Positions 12,203 through 21,841 of a DNA stretch of 64,000 nt are shown piece after piece. Source of the DNA: Spirochaetota bacterium (GTDB lineage Bacteria; Spirochaetota; UBA4802; JAFGDQ01); contig JAZDKB010000010.1 of the NCBI GenBank assembly GCA_043803405.1, positions 80,686 through 144,685 of the forward strand. The letters are read 5' to 3'. Within the stretch, counting starts at the first letter, position 1; each line of letters starts with the position of its first letter. The translations under genes and the position numbers were made by a program. Under the pieces are notes generated by a model, which saw only the letters and a list, made by a program, of their open reading frames with translations, did not search any database and was not told the origin of the DNA.

Positions 12203-13393
12203 TCAGGGAACGGCCATTCCAAGTGCACGACGCGTCATCATCAGGATCATCTTTGCATTTCCGGCCCGGGCACGCATAAGCGTGAGATAAAACCGTGTTG
12301 TGTCTTTCGCGGGAGTTGCTATTTGATCCTTTTTCCGCAGATGGACAGCATTCGTATTACATACCGTAGTACATAATCCGCAGCCAATGCATCTTCCCGG
12401 ATCAACTCTGCCTTTTCCGTCTTCCAGCGCAATGGCGTCCATCTGACAACGATCGATGCATCGCCCGCATCCAATACAAAGATCGGCATTTGTAAACGCA
12501 TAATAGTTGGAGTAAAAATACCGGGCAGGATTATCCAGAAGCTTTGCATTGGATAACACCTCACAGCAGCAGCCGCAGCACAGGCAAACACAAAACGGAG
12601 ATTGAGAATTGGACGGCTGCACCACAAGCCCGTCCTGTTCGCATTTATCCAGGATCCGGAACACTTCCTCCAGCGTAATTTCCCTTCCCCAGCCGTGATC
12701 CTTGTAATTTCTGGCAGCATTGCCGAAGAGCAGGCAAATTTCGCGCTCTTTCGTTACTTTGCAGGGATGCCCGAGTAAATCATGTCCTTCTTTGCAGATA
12801 CAATCAACCACCAGAAAAGGACCGCGATATCTGCCAAGAATTTGCCGGATATCATCATAAGGCATAATATTGAGATCCGGAGTAATAGATCCTTTAGTAG
12901 GCACCGGACGGAGTTGAGTGAACTTCGGGTTTAAGAGGGCATCGCGGAATTTTTCGTCGATATATTGTTTAAAATCCTCAAAGAATTCTTTCTTAAGGTG
13001 ATTGACCTGAAATTCAAACATTCCAATAGCCAGCATAATGACACTGTAGATTTTAAGTCCGTTTCTGGTGATGCTTCTGACAATACTCCCCTGATCGGAC
13101 ATCTGGTCTAAAATTTTTTCAAGTTCAGCAATATCAGGATATTTGCTCTTTAATCGTTTTTGAATAACTTTTGCAGGTTCAGGGATAATGCTCATCGACA
13201 AGGCAATTTGTGCCTGTTCGGGTGTAAACAAATGTTTCAATATGCGGATTTCAACACCGGATTCAGTTGCAGGAAAAGCAATGGGCAATTTATCCAACTT
13301 TTGCTGTAGTTTTCGATATACTTTAGAATCAATGCTATCCCGGGATGTAATTTCCATATATTCCTTTTTATTCAATAATATAATTCCGGTCAT
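12203..13393 (-). CDS. 4Fe-4S dicluster ferredoxin-domain protein with an N-terminal winged-helix-like region and a Cys-rich middle
   Basis: CIGCGRCIDRC and CIGCGLCTTVC, plus CICK, CLLFG and CVCLCCGCCC. Confidence 0.85.
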   Translation of the reverse strand: MTGIILLNKKEYMEITSRDSIDSKVYRKLQQKLDKLPIAFPATESGVEIRILKHLFTPEQAQIALSMSIIPEPAKVIQKRLKSKYPDIAELEKILDQMSDQGSIVRSITRNGLKIYSVIMLAIGMFEFQVNHLKKEFFEDFKQYIDEKFRDALLNPKFTQLRPVPTKGSITPDLNIMPYDDIRQILGRYRGPFLVVDCICKEGHDLLGHPCKVTKEREICLLFGNAARNYKDHGWGREITLEEVFRILDKCEQDGLVVQPSNSQSPFCVCLCCGCCCEVLSNAKLLDNPARYFYSNYYAFTNADLCIGCGRCIDRCQMDAIALEDGKGRVDPGRCIGCGLCTTVCNTNAVHLRKKDQIATPAKDTTRFYLTLMRARAGNAKMILMMTRRALGMAVP

Positions 13394-13481
13394 TGTTTTT
13401 TTATCAGATCATTATCTCTGATAAAAAACAATCAAAGCATCGGGCAATTAAAACGACAATGAGGAGATTCGGCTGGAAGTA

Positions 13482-14258
13482 TTATTTAAATATATTATTT
13501 ATTATTTTAAAATAATCTTCTTTCGTGTCCATATTTATCTTTGATCTGTTTGCTATAAAAAAATTTATACTTTCAATGTACTGCTCCCTGCTCCAATCGT
13601 TCAGGTTGTTCCATTGCTGTACATTAAAAACAAACTTATCATAAGATGAAAAGAATTCTTCAGCTTCATTTGCATTATCGGGCGCCACTTTAATGTTCCT
13701 TTCCTTATATTCATCCAGTAATTCCTTATACAGTTCATCTTTATGCATAAATGACAACAGCTCAATTCCATAAGACATAAAATTTATTATATCGTGCTTT
13801 TCTATTAGCATATTATGCAGCTGTTCATAATTATCACTGCGAAGCCTCGCTATTTCATCCAGGCTTCGTGCGGCAAGAACCGGATTATTCATATAATAAG
13901 TGTTTAAGAAAGCTTCCTCCAGGTAGACTGAATTTTCAGGAAGAGGAAATTTCCCGATTGTGAAGATGGCAAATGATTTCCATGTCAGTTGTTCATGATA
14001 TAGAAATTTTTTAAAGTATGGGAAGAATGAATTTCCTTTTAGCCGGGAAAGGAATTCCGAATAATCATCATCCGTTAAATCCGATTTTCCTGACAGATCC
14101 ACAAGGATCATTAATGCCGATACAAAATCAATTCCGTCTTCTGTTGAATCCAGGTATTGCATTATTTCCGGTACCAGGTTTTTCATTCCGATTAAGTCGC
14201 AGTATTTCTTAAGTTTTCCGTCACGATTGTAGCTACTGATAATTTCATTAAAATTCAT
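13482..14258 (-). CDS. Hypothetical helical protein (possible HEAT-like repeats)
   Basis: 258-aa ORF with a GGAG RBS. No recognisable catalytic motif. Confidence 0.65.
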   Translation of the reverse strand: MNFNEIISSYNRDGKLKKYCDLIGMKNLVPEIMQYLDSTEDGIDFVSALMILVDLSGKSDLTDDDYSEFLSRLKGNSFFPYFKKFLYHEQLTWKSFAIFTIGKFPLPENSVYLEEAFLNTYYMNNPVLAARSLDEIARLRSDNYEQLHNMLIEKHDIINFMSYGIELLSFMHKDELYKELLDEYKERNIKVAPDNANEAEEFFSSYDKFVFNVQQWNNLNDWSREQYIESINFFIANRSKINMDTKEDYFKIINNIFK

Positions 14259-14557
14259 AAAATACTTTTCTCCCGAAGTAGCCTATTACATAGAAATGTC
14301 CTGAGACTGTTCCCTTCTGTTTCAGCGTTTATTATTTTATAAGTCAGCTACCTTTATTGGATGTAATGAGTGTGCTGTCAATTAAAATGGATTTATATAA
14401 AAATATCCAGACAGGTTGAATCACTTGCAGGGTGATTTCCGTCTTTACACTCCGGGACTCTGTACTTCATAATTTACTAAAATTTTCAGCATGATGCAGC
14501 CATACTTTACCTGGAATTCTAAACGACAATTTTTATTTTAATACAGTTTCATCTGAC

Positions 14558-16702
14558 TCAGGATAAAATCTCAACAGCGGTTACAAATCTACCAAGCCCT
14601 ATCATTAGTATTCCTTTGCCGGCCAGATCGGTTTCGCGGGCACCCGCAAGCGCGGGCAACCGGCCGCTTTTAACCCATTCGAAAGCAATTGCGCACGCGA
14701 CTGCCGAAGCAGAAGCAAACTCGCCTGTAATCGTCCTGTAATCAATGACAGGCATTTTTTGCAGAAGCTTTGATTGCAGTTCAGCGAGCTGTTTTTCCGC
14801 GATATTTCTTTCAGCTGCCGGCATTCCTGCGAAAATTACCCCGAACGAGCTGTTTATTCTTTCTACTCCTCCAAGACTATTGACCAGAGATTTTATTATG
14901 CTGCTGTTATTGTGTGAAAATTCAAGGAACGAAGGGAATATCTTAGGGCCGGAATTTTGCTCCGATCTATTAATCAAAAATGCGGCTCCGCCGTCTGACG
15001 GCAAAACGCCAATTGCAGATCTGTCCAGAACGCATGTTAAAACATCGTGATACTCGTCCGCGCATATCAGCATAGCAGGCTCCTCGCCCTGGTGCAAAAG
15101 GCTTGCGCAGAAAAGTGCCTGCTCGAAAGAGTAATCGCCTCCTGTAGCTGTTACGTTCGCGCCGCCGGCGCCGTACCACATCGCAGTCTGCCCTGCAGGC
15201 GCGTTGTGCACTGATCCGATAAAATCAGTCGGGCTTGGAAACTGCTCGCCTGTTTCAAAAAGCTTATCTAAAAAATCATAAGTTTCAGAAAGAGCGCCCC
15301 AGCCTGTGCCGAAATATATCGATGAAGGTTTGCAGCCGCCGCCGGCATTTACAGCCTGCTCGGCAAGAGCCAGCACCATTTTCGGGAGACGCTTTAAGCG
15401 CCGTATTTTGCTTTTCGGCAAAATCCCGGCAGCGCGTTCAATGTTGACCTTGCCCGAACATTTCCCCGAATGCTTTAATGCATCAATAGTCTCGTTAATG
15501 TTCCCTGCGCCTGTAACGCACACTTTTGCAAGAACAGAAAACGGTTTACGTTCTGCGCGCATTTTTGAAGCAGCGCGTTTTTCCGGCCTGCCTGTCACAA
15601 TTGCCGCATTGTTTCCTCCGAATCCGAATGAATTGGAAAGCACGGTCTTCACTTTTATGTTTGATATTAATTTTTTTACCGGATCAAGCCCAAGCGCAGG
15701 ATCAGGAACAGAGCAGCCTGTGTTTGCAGGTATTATTTCTTCAATGATACAGATGGCCGATACTGCTGCTTCTATTGCGCCGGACGCTGCAAGTGAATGC
15801 CCAAAGGCTCCTTTTGTCGATGAGAGATGCGGCATCTTGTTTCCGAATACGGTGCGCAAAGCCTTTGCTTCGGACAGATCATTGTCAATTGTGCCTGTGC
15901 CGTGCAGATTAATGTAATCGATATTTTCAGGTAAGATATTTGCGTCCGCCAGCGCGGCTTTCATTGCTTCTGCAGCGCCCGTTCCTTCAGGGTGCGGGCT
16001 TGCGGGATGATACGCGTCGCAAGAGAGCCCTGCTCCGAGAAGCTCGGCAACAGCATCCGCCGGCGCTTCTTCGGACGCGGAAAGCAGCAGCATGGCCGCG
16101 CCTTCCGCAACAGACATGCCTTTGCGCAAAATGTCGAGCGGACGCGCTCCTTTCGGATCGATCAGCTGCAGGGAGTTAAAACCGTGATAGGTGAGCCTGC
16201 ACAAAGCGTCCGCGCCTCCTGCCAAAACAGTCTTTGCCGCTCCGCTACGCAGCATTTCCAGGGCAAGCTTAATGGCAAGGGCGCCCGAGGAACAGGCTGT
16301 CGATACTGTTAGAATAATTCCCCTGCACTGTATTTTTTCCGCTATATATTCCGCAACCGAACATGTTGCATGATATTTATAAAGATCAGGATCAAATTTT
16401 TTTTCTTTAATAAGCGTTTCGGTAAAAGGCATTCCGCCTGTTGTGCTCCCCAGTATAACAGCATCCGGCGGAGTTGAATTTTTCATGGCCTCCTTTGTTG
16501 CGATAAGGGCGAGTGAATGTGTTCTTGGTACATCGTCCGGGAAAGAAACGGATATTTCGCCCACAGGCAGGGGAGAATGTGGGACAGGAAACAATACAAG
16601 CGGTTTTATTCCTGTACGGCCTGCAAAAAGCGCGTTCTTTGTTTCTGCAAAATCCCTGCCAAGAGGGCTGATTATACCGATTCCGGAAACAAATACGCGC
16701 AT
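14558..16702 (-). CDS. Beta-ketoacyl-ACP synthase fused to a chain-length-factor-like inactive KS domain
   Basis: N-terminal TACSS, HGTGT, GHSL and SNSFGFGG. A second KS-like half (RRLKRL, SVHNAPAG) lacks the catalytic Cys. Start placed at ATG 16702, just after the ACP stop. Confidence 0.85.
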   Translation of the reverse strand: MRVFVSGIGIISPLGRDFAETKNALFAGRTGIKPLVLFPVPHSPLPVGEISVSFPDDVPRTHSLALIATKEAMKNSTPPDAVILGSTTGGMPFTETLIKEKKFDPDLYKYHATCSVAEYIAEKIQCRGIILTVSTACSSGALAIKLALEMLRSGAAKTVLAGGADALCRLTYHGFNSLQLIDPKGARPLDILRKGMSVAEGAAMLLLSASEEAPADAVAELLGAGLSCDAYHPASPHPEGTGAAEAMKAALADANILPENIDYINLHGTGTIDNDLSEAKALRTVFGNKMPHLSSTKGAFGHSLAASGAIEAAVSAICIIEEIIPANTGCSVPDPALGLDPVKKLISNIKVKTVLSNSFGFGGNNAAIVTGRPEKRAASKMRAERKPFSVLAKVCVTGAGNINETIDALKHSGKCSGKVNIERAAGILPKSKIRRLKRLPKMVLALAEQAVNAGGGCKPSSIYFGTGWGALSETYDFLDKLFETGEQFPSPTDFIGSVHNAPAGQTAMWYGAGGANVTATGGDYSFEQALFCASLLHQGEEPAMLICADEYHDVLTCVLDRSAIGVLPSDGGAAFLINRSEQNSGPKIFPSFLEFSHNNSSIIKSLVNSLGGVERINSSFGVIFAGMPAAERNIAEKQLAELQSKLLQKMPVIDYRTITGEFASASAVACAIAFEWVKSGRLPALAGARETDLAGKGILMIGLGRFVTAVEILS

Positions 16703-16706
16703 ACTG

Positions 16707-16973
16707 TCAACCGGCCAGTTCCGGCCGGCATTTTTGTATATACTGAGCAAGGGCATTTACTGAAGAAAAAACTTTCTCGCCGAGCTCTTTGTTGTCTATC
16801 TTAACAGCGTAATCGCTTTCGATCATCATAACAAGCTCAAGCGCATCTATTGAATCAAGCCCGAGATCGCCGCCGATCAGGCGGTCGTCATCGCCAATAT
16901 CATCGGGAGTTACATCTTCCAGATCAAGGGTTTTAATTATCTTCTTTTTTAACTGCAAAATAAAATCATTCAT
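16707..16973 (-). CDS. Acyl carrier protein
   Basis: LGLDSIDALEL phosphopantetheine-attachment motif in an acidic 88-aa protein. Confidence 0.93.
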   Translation of the reverse strand: MNDFILQLKKKIIKTLDLEDVTPDDIGDDDRLIGGDLGLDSIDALELVMMIESDYAVKIDNKELGEKVFSSVNALAQYIQKCRPELAG

Positions 16974-17239
16974 TCAGTTAACCTGCAATTTTTTTGATTA
17001 TAATGAATAAATAACATATTATCGGGGTGTCAAGATTTTTTTACTGCAGTGTTTTCCAGATAAACTTTTCAGGAAATTATTTTAACATTATTTTAAAAAA
17101 AAATATTGCTTGTCGTATTATTTAACATATAATAGAGGATATTATATTGTATAATTTAATATAAATTTGTTTCAAAAAGCATTAAACTGGAATTAAATAA
17201 TATAGCTTTTAAAAATCATTACATTAATAGGAGACAGCC

Positions 17240-18442
17240 ATGAAAAAATTAGTTTATATACTTTTAATCTTAACCGTTTTCTGCGGTTTATCATACGCAG
17301 ATGAAATTTACATGAATGATTTAAGCATTTTAAAAGGCAAAGTAATTCAGGTGACTGATAAAAACGTGGAGTATAGCCAGGAAGGAAAGCCGTTTTTAAT
17401 TGTTCCGAGAGATCAGGTTTTTAAGATTAAATATGATAACGGACAGGTTGCCCAGATTGCCCAGGTAAAAAGCATTGATAAACTATTCCTGAAAGACGGA
17501 TCTGTAATCGAGTGCACCATCGTAAAAGTAACTCCGGATGCAGTAATATATTTTACAGACAAGCAGTCCGCAGTGCCTAGCGATAACGTGATAAAAATAG
17601 TATACTCAGGAGGCAAAGTGCTGCAGATTTCCGAAGGCCGGAAAGACAACGGAGCTATTGAAATAGCTGTAAAAGAAAAAGAGCCTGAACCTGTTATCCG
17701 CTCAGGAGGTTTTCTTGATTCATATATACGGCTTGGCATCCAGGGCGGGGTTTCTTATGTGGACGGAAATCTTTACCGCAAAGAAGAAAGTGCATATTCG
17801 GAAAACAGGAGTGCATTTATCCTTTATCCTGCTATAGACGATGATGGTAATTATACTTATAATACGCGTTATCACTGGGGATTTGATCTTGGCTTAATGT
17901 TCCCCTCTGTTAAATTTCTACAGACCAGGGCATTCGATATAACGGGCGTAAAATTCGGGCTTAAAACCACATATATTTTTTCTCAAATAGAACAGCAAAT
18001 AGATGACGACGCTTTACCGAAAGATGCAAATTATGACGGCAGGCTGTTAAAATACAGAACAGTAAATGCCGGCCCTGAAATGAACATAGTATTCAGCCCC
18101 AGGGGCGATTTTTTCAATATGATACTTAAATTATATGTATTGGGCGGTTATATACATGACGGAGAGCTGACTGCTGCCCCGGGACTTCGTGAAGGACAGC
18201 AAAAAGCTGGCCTGGCTGTTCTTGATAAATCCCAATACACTGCTGAATTTACAGGGTATTCAGGCACCATCGGCTTTGGACTTTACTCTGTAATTAATCC
18301 TGCCCACCTTACAATAGGCTTCGATTATTTTTATTCATATTCAAGAATTGATTTCGACAGGGCTGTGCCGGTTTATAATAATTCAAAGGGTTCATCCTTT
18401 CATGAGTTCGGTCTGTTAATCTACGTTGGAACGTTTATATAG
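17240..18442 (+). CDS. Exported protein with two tandem N-terminal beta domains and a probable C-terminal outer-membrane beta-barrel
   Basis: Signal peptide, duplicated DxI/Lxx(K/N)D...KI.Y..G units, and amphipathic strands ending YVGTFI. Confidence 0.7.
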   Translation: MKKLVYILLILTVFCGLSYADEIYMNDLSILKGKVIQVTDKNVEYSQEGKPFLIVPRDQVFKIKYDNGQVAQIAQVKSIDKLFLKDGSVIECTIVKVTPDAVIYFTDKQSAVPSDNVIKIVYSGGKVLQISEGRKDNGAIEIAVKEKEPEPVIRSGGFLDSYIRLGIQGGVSYVDGNLYRKEESAYSENRSAFILYPAIDDDGNYTYNTRYHWGFDLGLMFPSVKFLQTRAFDITGVKFGLKTTYIFSQIEQQIDDDALPKDANYDGRLLKYRTVNAGPEMNIVFSPRGDFFNMILKLYVLGGYIHDGELTAAPGLREGQQKAGLAVLDKSQYTAEFTGYSGTIGFGLYSVINPAHLTIGFDYFYSYSRIDFDRAVPVYNNSKGSSFHEFGLLIYVGTFI

Positions 18443-18583
18443 CAATATATATTAGTTTACAACCGACTGGCGACTGCCTGACAAAAATGAAAGAGTGATC
18501 TATTTTTTAAGCCGCTTTGATTTATCAGATGCACTATAGCAGTTACAAAATGATTAGTACTGTGCTTTAACCCATCTTAAAAA

Positions 18584-18772
18584 TTACTTTTTATCAGAGC
18601 AGGTTGATATACCCAGAAGCTTATACACAGGGCACCAGCTCACGATTACGGTAAGCAAAGGAATTATGCCGATTATCCCCCACCAGCTTTGAAAATAAAA
18701 TCCCAGCCCGATTATTACCAGCCCGGCCACTACCCGGATAATTCTGTCGGTTTTCCCTACATTGCATTTCAT
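18584..18772 (-). CDS. DUF2892 (YgaP-like) small membrane protein
   Basis: NVGKTDRIIR...WCPVYKLLGIST pattern. Confidence 0.88.
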   Translation of the reverse strand: MKCNVGKTDRIIRVVAGLVIIGLGFYFQSWWGIIGIIPLLTVIVSWCPVYKLLGISTCSDKK

Positions 18773-19035
18773 AACAGACCTCCATTTAATTTAAAATTTA
18801 TAATAATAAATAATCATCTGTTATACCATTGATATTTATGCGGCCATAGTGATGTATCTGCAGACATTACCTTCGTATGGCATAATATTATATAAATATG
18901 AACTGGAATTGATTGAAAACAAATATAGCAGGGTATGCTTTAAAACATACATGATAAAGCAAGTCTTGTCAATAGAAATAGATTTATTTATTGAATGTAA
19001 TAATAATTTATACTTTGATTTTAAAAGGTATTGAC

Positions 19036-19059
19036 AAAATATACCAAGTGGTATATTTT
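19036..19059. promoter_or_regulatory. TetR operator 1, overlapping a promoter with TTGACA at 19031-19036
   Basis: AAAATATACC-AAGT-GGTATATTTT, with perfect 10-bp arms. Confidence 0.85.
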
Positions 19060-19080
19060 TATAATTGAGGTATTAAAAGA

Positions 19081-19674
19081 ATGGGCAAAGCTGAACAAAC
19101 CAGACAAATGATTATAGAAAAAGCAGCTCCTATTTTTAATAAAAAAGGTTATCTCGGTACATCAATATCGGATTTGACTGACTCAACTGGTTTAACGAAA
19201 GGGGCGATTTATGGAAATTTCGAGAGTAAAAATGAAATAGCTTTAGCAGCTTTTAATTTTAATATTAATACAATTATCACAGAATTAAAATCTGATATTG
19301 ATAAAGCAGATAATGCGATAGAGAAATTATTGTCTATATCAAATTATTTTTTAAGGAATGCCAGTGCGACTTATAAGAGAGGCGGCTGCCCCATTACTAA
19401 TGCGGCAGCGGATTCGGATGATACTAATATTGCAATTAACAAAAAAGTAAGAGAGATAATTGAAGGTTTAAGAAAAGCTATAATCCAGATTGTAAATGAA
19501 GGAATTTCGAAAAAGGAAATAATAACTTCAGCAAATCCGGATTCCTTTGCTGCGGTTGTTATCTCTTTGATCCAGGGAGGAAATCTTATTTCAAAAGCCA
19601 GCGGAAATATGGACTATTTGGTTAATTCAATAAAACAAATCAAAATACTGATTCAAGGGATCAGAAAAAAATAG
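19081..19674 (+). CDS. TetR/AcrR family transcriptional regulator
   Basis: KGYLGTSISDL...GLTKGAIYGNFESK helix-turn-helix and GGCP. Confidence 0.93.
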   Translation: MGKAEQTRQMIIEKAAPIFNKKGYLGTSISDLTDSTGLTKGAIYGNFESKNEIALAAFNFNINTIITELKSDIDKADNAIEKLLSISNYFLRNASATYKRGGCPITNAAADSDDTNIAINKKVREIIEGLRKAIIQIVNEGISKKEIITSANPDSFAAVVISLIQGGNLISKASGNMDYLVNSIKQIKILIQGIRKK

Positions 19675-19693
19675 TATTAAATTTTTTTGTAAT

Positions 19694-19717
19694 AAAATAT
19701 ACCAATCGGTATATTTT
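19694..19717. promoter_or_regulatory. TetR operator 2, upstream of the flavin oxidoreductase
   Basis: AAAATATACC-AATC-GGTATATTTT, same arms as operator 1. Confidence 0.85.
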
Positions 19718-19743
19718 TCAATTTAAAATATTAGGAGGATTTT

Positions 19744-20946
19744 ATGTCTGACCTGTTTAAAAAAACAAATATTAAATCAATGCACCTTAAAAACAGACTG
19801 GTTCGTTCTGCTACATATGAGCGGATGTTCAATAAAGAAGGGCATCCGCTTCCCGAACTTGGCAATCTATATATAAAATTGGCAAAAGGTGGCGTAGGAT
19901 TAATTATTACAGGTTATGCTATTGTTTCATCGGATAATATAATACCATATTCTGCAAGAATAGATGAAGATTATTTTATACCGGAATTTAGAGAAATTAC
20001 TAATAAAGTGCATGAATATGACTGCTGTATTGCAATGCAGTTAAATCATTTTGGGAGACTGGCAAGTAAAATTGCAATAGGAATTGAGCCTACTGCTCCA
20101 TCAGCTGTAAAGATTAAATTTCCGCCTTCGATTCCAAGAGAAATGACAGAAGAAGATATTGAACGAGTAATTATTGATTTTGCTGAAGCGGCATCCAGAG
20201 CAAAAAAAGCAGGTTTCGATGCTGTGCAGCTACATGGAGCTCATGGTATGTTAATCAATCAATTTTTATCTCCTTACACTAATCGCAGAGAAGACCGCTG
20301 GGGAGGTTCTCTTGAAAACAGGATCAGATTCCTGAGAGAAATCTACCTTGGGTGCCGTAAAAAGCTCGGAGATAATTTTCCTATATTAGTCAAACTAAGT
20401 GCTTATGATAATATGAAAACAGGATTAAAGCTTGAGGAAGGAATAAAAATAGCAGAAAGTATTTCAGAATTGGGATTTGACGGGATTGAGATTAGTTGTG
20501 GAATATTATTGGAAGATGGTCTATCGACTTTGCGGGGAAATTTTCCGGTAGATATTTTAATTGACGATTTTCATAGTTTTGATGAGAAGCCTGTTTTGCG
20601 TTTTCTAATGCGTCATTTTGGGAAAAAACTTATGAAGGTTCCTGATTTTACAATTGGATACAACAGAAAAGCTGCCAGGTTAATAAAACAAAAAGTAAAG
20701 ATACCTGTATTTACAGTAGGCGGGATGCATGATCCGAAAGATATAATGGATGTAATAGAAAAAGGAGAAGCAGATTATATTTCTCTGTGCAGGCCGCTTA
20801 TTGCGGATCCGGCTTTTCCATTAAAAATTAAGGAAGGAAACTTAAGTCCATCAAAATGTTTACAATGCAATTATTGTTTCTTCTATACTGTGATGAAAGC
20901 GCCTTTAAAGTGTTATAATGGTCGAAGAATTAATAGTGATATTTAG
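19744..20946 (+). CDS. NADH:flavin oxidoreductase (Old Yellow Enzyme family)
   Basis: LKNRLVRSAT, GFDAVQLHGAHG, FLSPYTNRREDRWGGSLENR and a C-terminal CLQCNYC. Confidence 0.93.
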   Translation: MSDLFKKTNIKSMHLKNRLVRSATYERMFNKEGHPLPELGNLYIKLAKGGVGLIITGYAIVSSDNIIPYSARIDEDYFIPEFREITNKVHEYDCCIAMQLNHFGRLASKIAIGIEPTAPSAVKIKFPPSIPREMTEEDIERVIIDFAEAASRAKKAGFDAVQLHGAHGMLINQFLSPYTNRREDRWGGSLENRIRFLREIYLGCRKKLGDNFPILVKLSAYDNMKTGLKLEEGIKIAESISELGFDGIEISCGILLEDGLSTLRGNFPVDILIDDFHSFDEKPVLRFLMRHFGKKLMKVPDFTIGYNRKAARLIKQKVKIPVFTVGGMHDPKDIMDVIEKGEADYISLCRPLIADPAFPLKIKEGNLSPSKCLQCNYCFFYTVMKAPLKCYNGRRINSDI

Positions 20947-20951
20947 AACGA

Positions 20952-20979
20952 GTAGCCCTTATATTTAAATAAGGGCTGC
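20952..20979. terminator. Stem-loop between convergent genes, probable terminator
   Basis: GTAGCCCTTAT-ATTTAA-ATAAGGGCTGC. Confidence 0.55.
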
Positions 20980-21001
20980 CCTTTGAATCGAATAAAGAAT
21001 A

Positions 21002-21766
21002 TTATGTAGTTAAATTCCCTCCGTCCACGTACAAAGACTGACCTGTAATAAAGTTCGCAGCATCTGAAACAAGGAAAAGAACAGCGCCTACCATTTCTTC
21101 AGGCTCGGCAAGGCGCCCCATTGGAATTCCTGCCATTATATGCTTTGCAGTTTCCGGGTTTGACCATATCGGTTCGCTGAATTCAGTGCGCGTCATTGCA
21201 GGCCCCACAGCATTAACGCGGATGCCGAGAGAAGCCCATTCGCGCGCCATGCAGCGCGTCAGCATGTAAAGAGCGGTTTTGCTGCAGCTGTAAGCTCCCA
21301 TTCCGGGCTCCGCTTTTTCGACTGCTACGGATGTAATGTTGACAATTTGCCCGCCTTTCTGTTCCATCATGTGTTTGGCTGCCATGCGGCTAAGAAGCCA
21401 CACAGCCTTCACATTAGTATCGAAAACCTTGTCCCACCCGTCCTCGCGCATATCCAGAAGGCTTCGGTAAAAACTTCGTGCAGCATTATTTACCAGAATG
21501 TCAATGCGCCCGAAAGTGTTTTTAGCTGTATTGATCACATTCTCAAGCTGTTCGTTATCGGTAAGGTCAGCCACAACCGAGACTGCCTTGCCGCCTGCTT
21601 TCGTTATTTCCTGAACAACAGACTCAAGCTCCGCTTTTGTACGCGAGGCAGCTACTACAGAGGCTCCGGATGCGGCAAGCCCTAAAGCAATGGCCCTCCC
21701 TATGCCTTTACCGCCGCCTGTAACAATGGCGGTCCTGCCTGTTAAATTAAATTTCACATCTTCCAT
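21002..21766 (-). CDS. Short-chain dehydrogenase/reductase
   Basis: TGGGKGIG, NNAA and YSCSK catalytic motif. Confidence 0.93.
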   Translation of the reverse strand: MEDVKFNLTGRTAIVTGGGKGIGRAIALGLAASGASVVAASRTKAELESVVQEITKAGGKAVSVVADLTDNEQLENVINTAKNTFGRIDILVNNAARSFYRSLLDMREDGWDKVFDTNVKAVWLLSRMAAKHMMEQKGGQIVNITSVAVEKAEPGMGAYSCSKTALYMLTRCMAREWASLGIRVNAVGPAMTRTEFSEPIWSNPETAKHIMAGIPMGRLAEPEEMVGAVLFLVSDAANFITGQSLYVDGGNLTT

Positions 21767-21841
21767 CGGGATACTCCTTTTTTCAGGTTTAAAAATCGAA
21801 CAGCATTAACACGGATTACAGGAAACTGTTTTAAAAATCAA

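Noticed and set aside
17211..17225. Third PerR-like box
   Set aside because: Only the AATCATTACA part matches, which is plausible by chance in AT-rich DNA.
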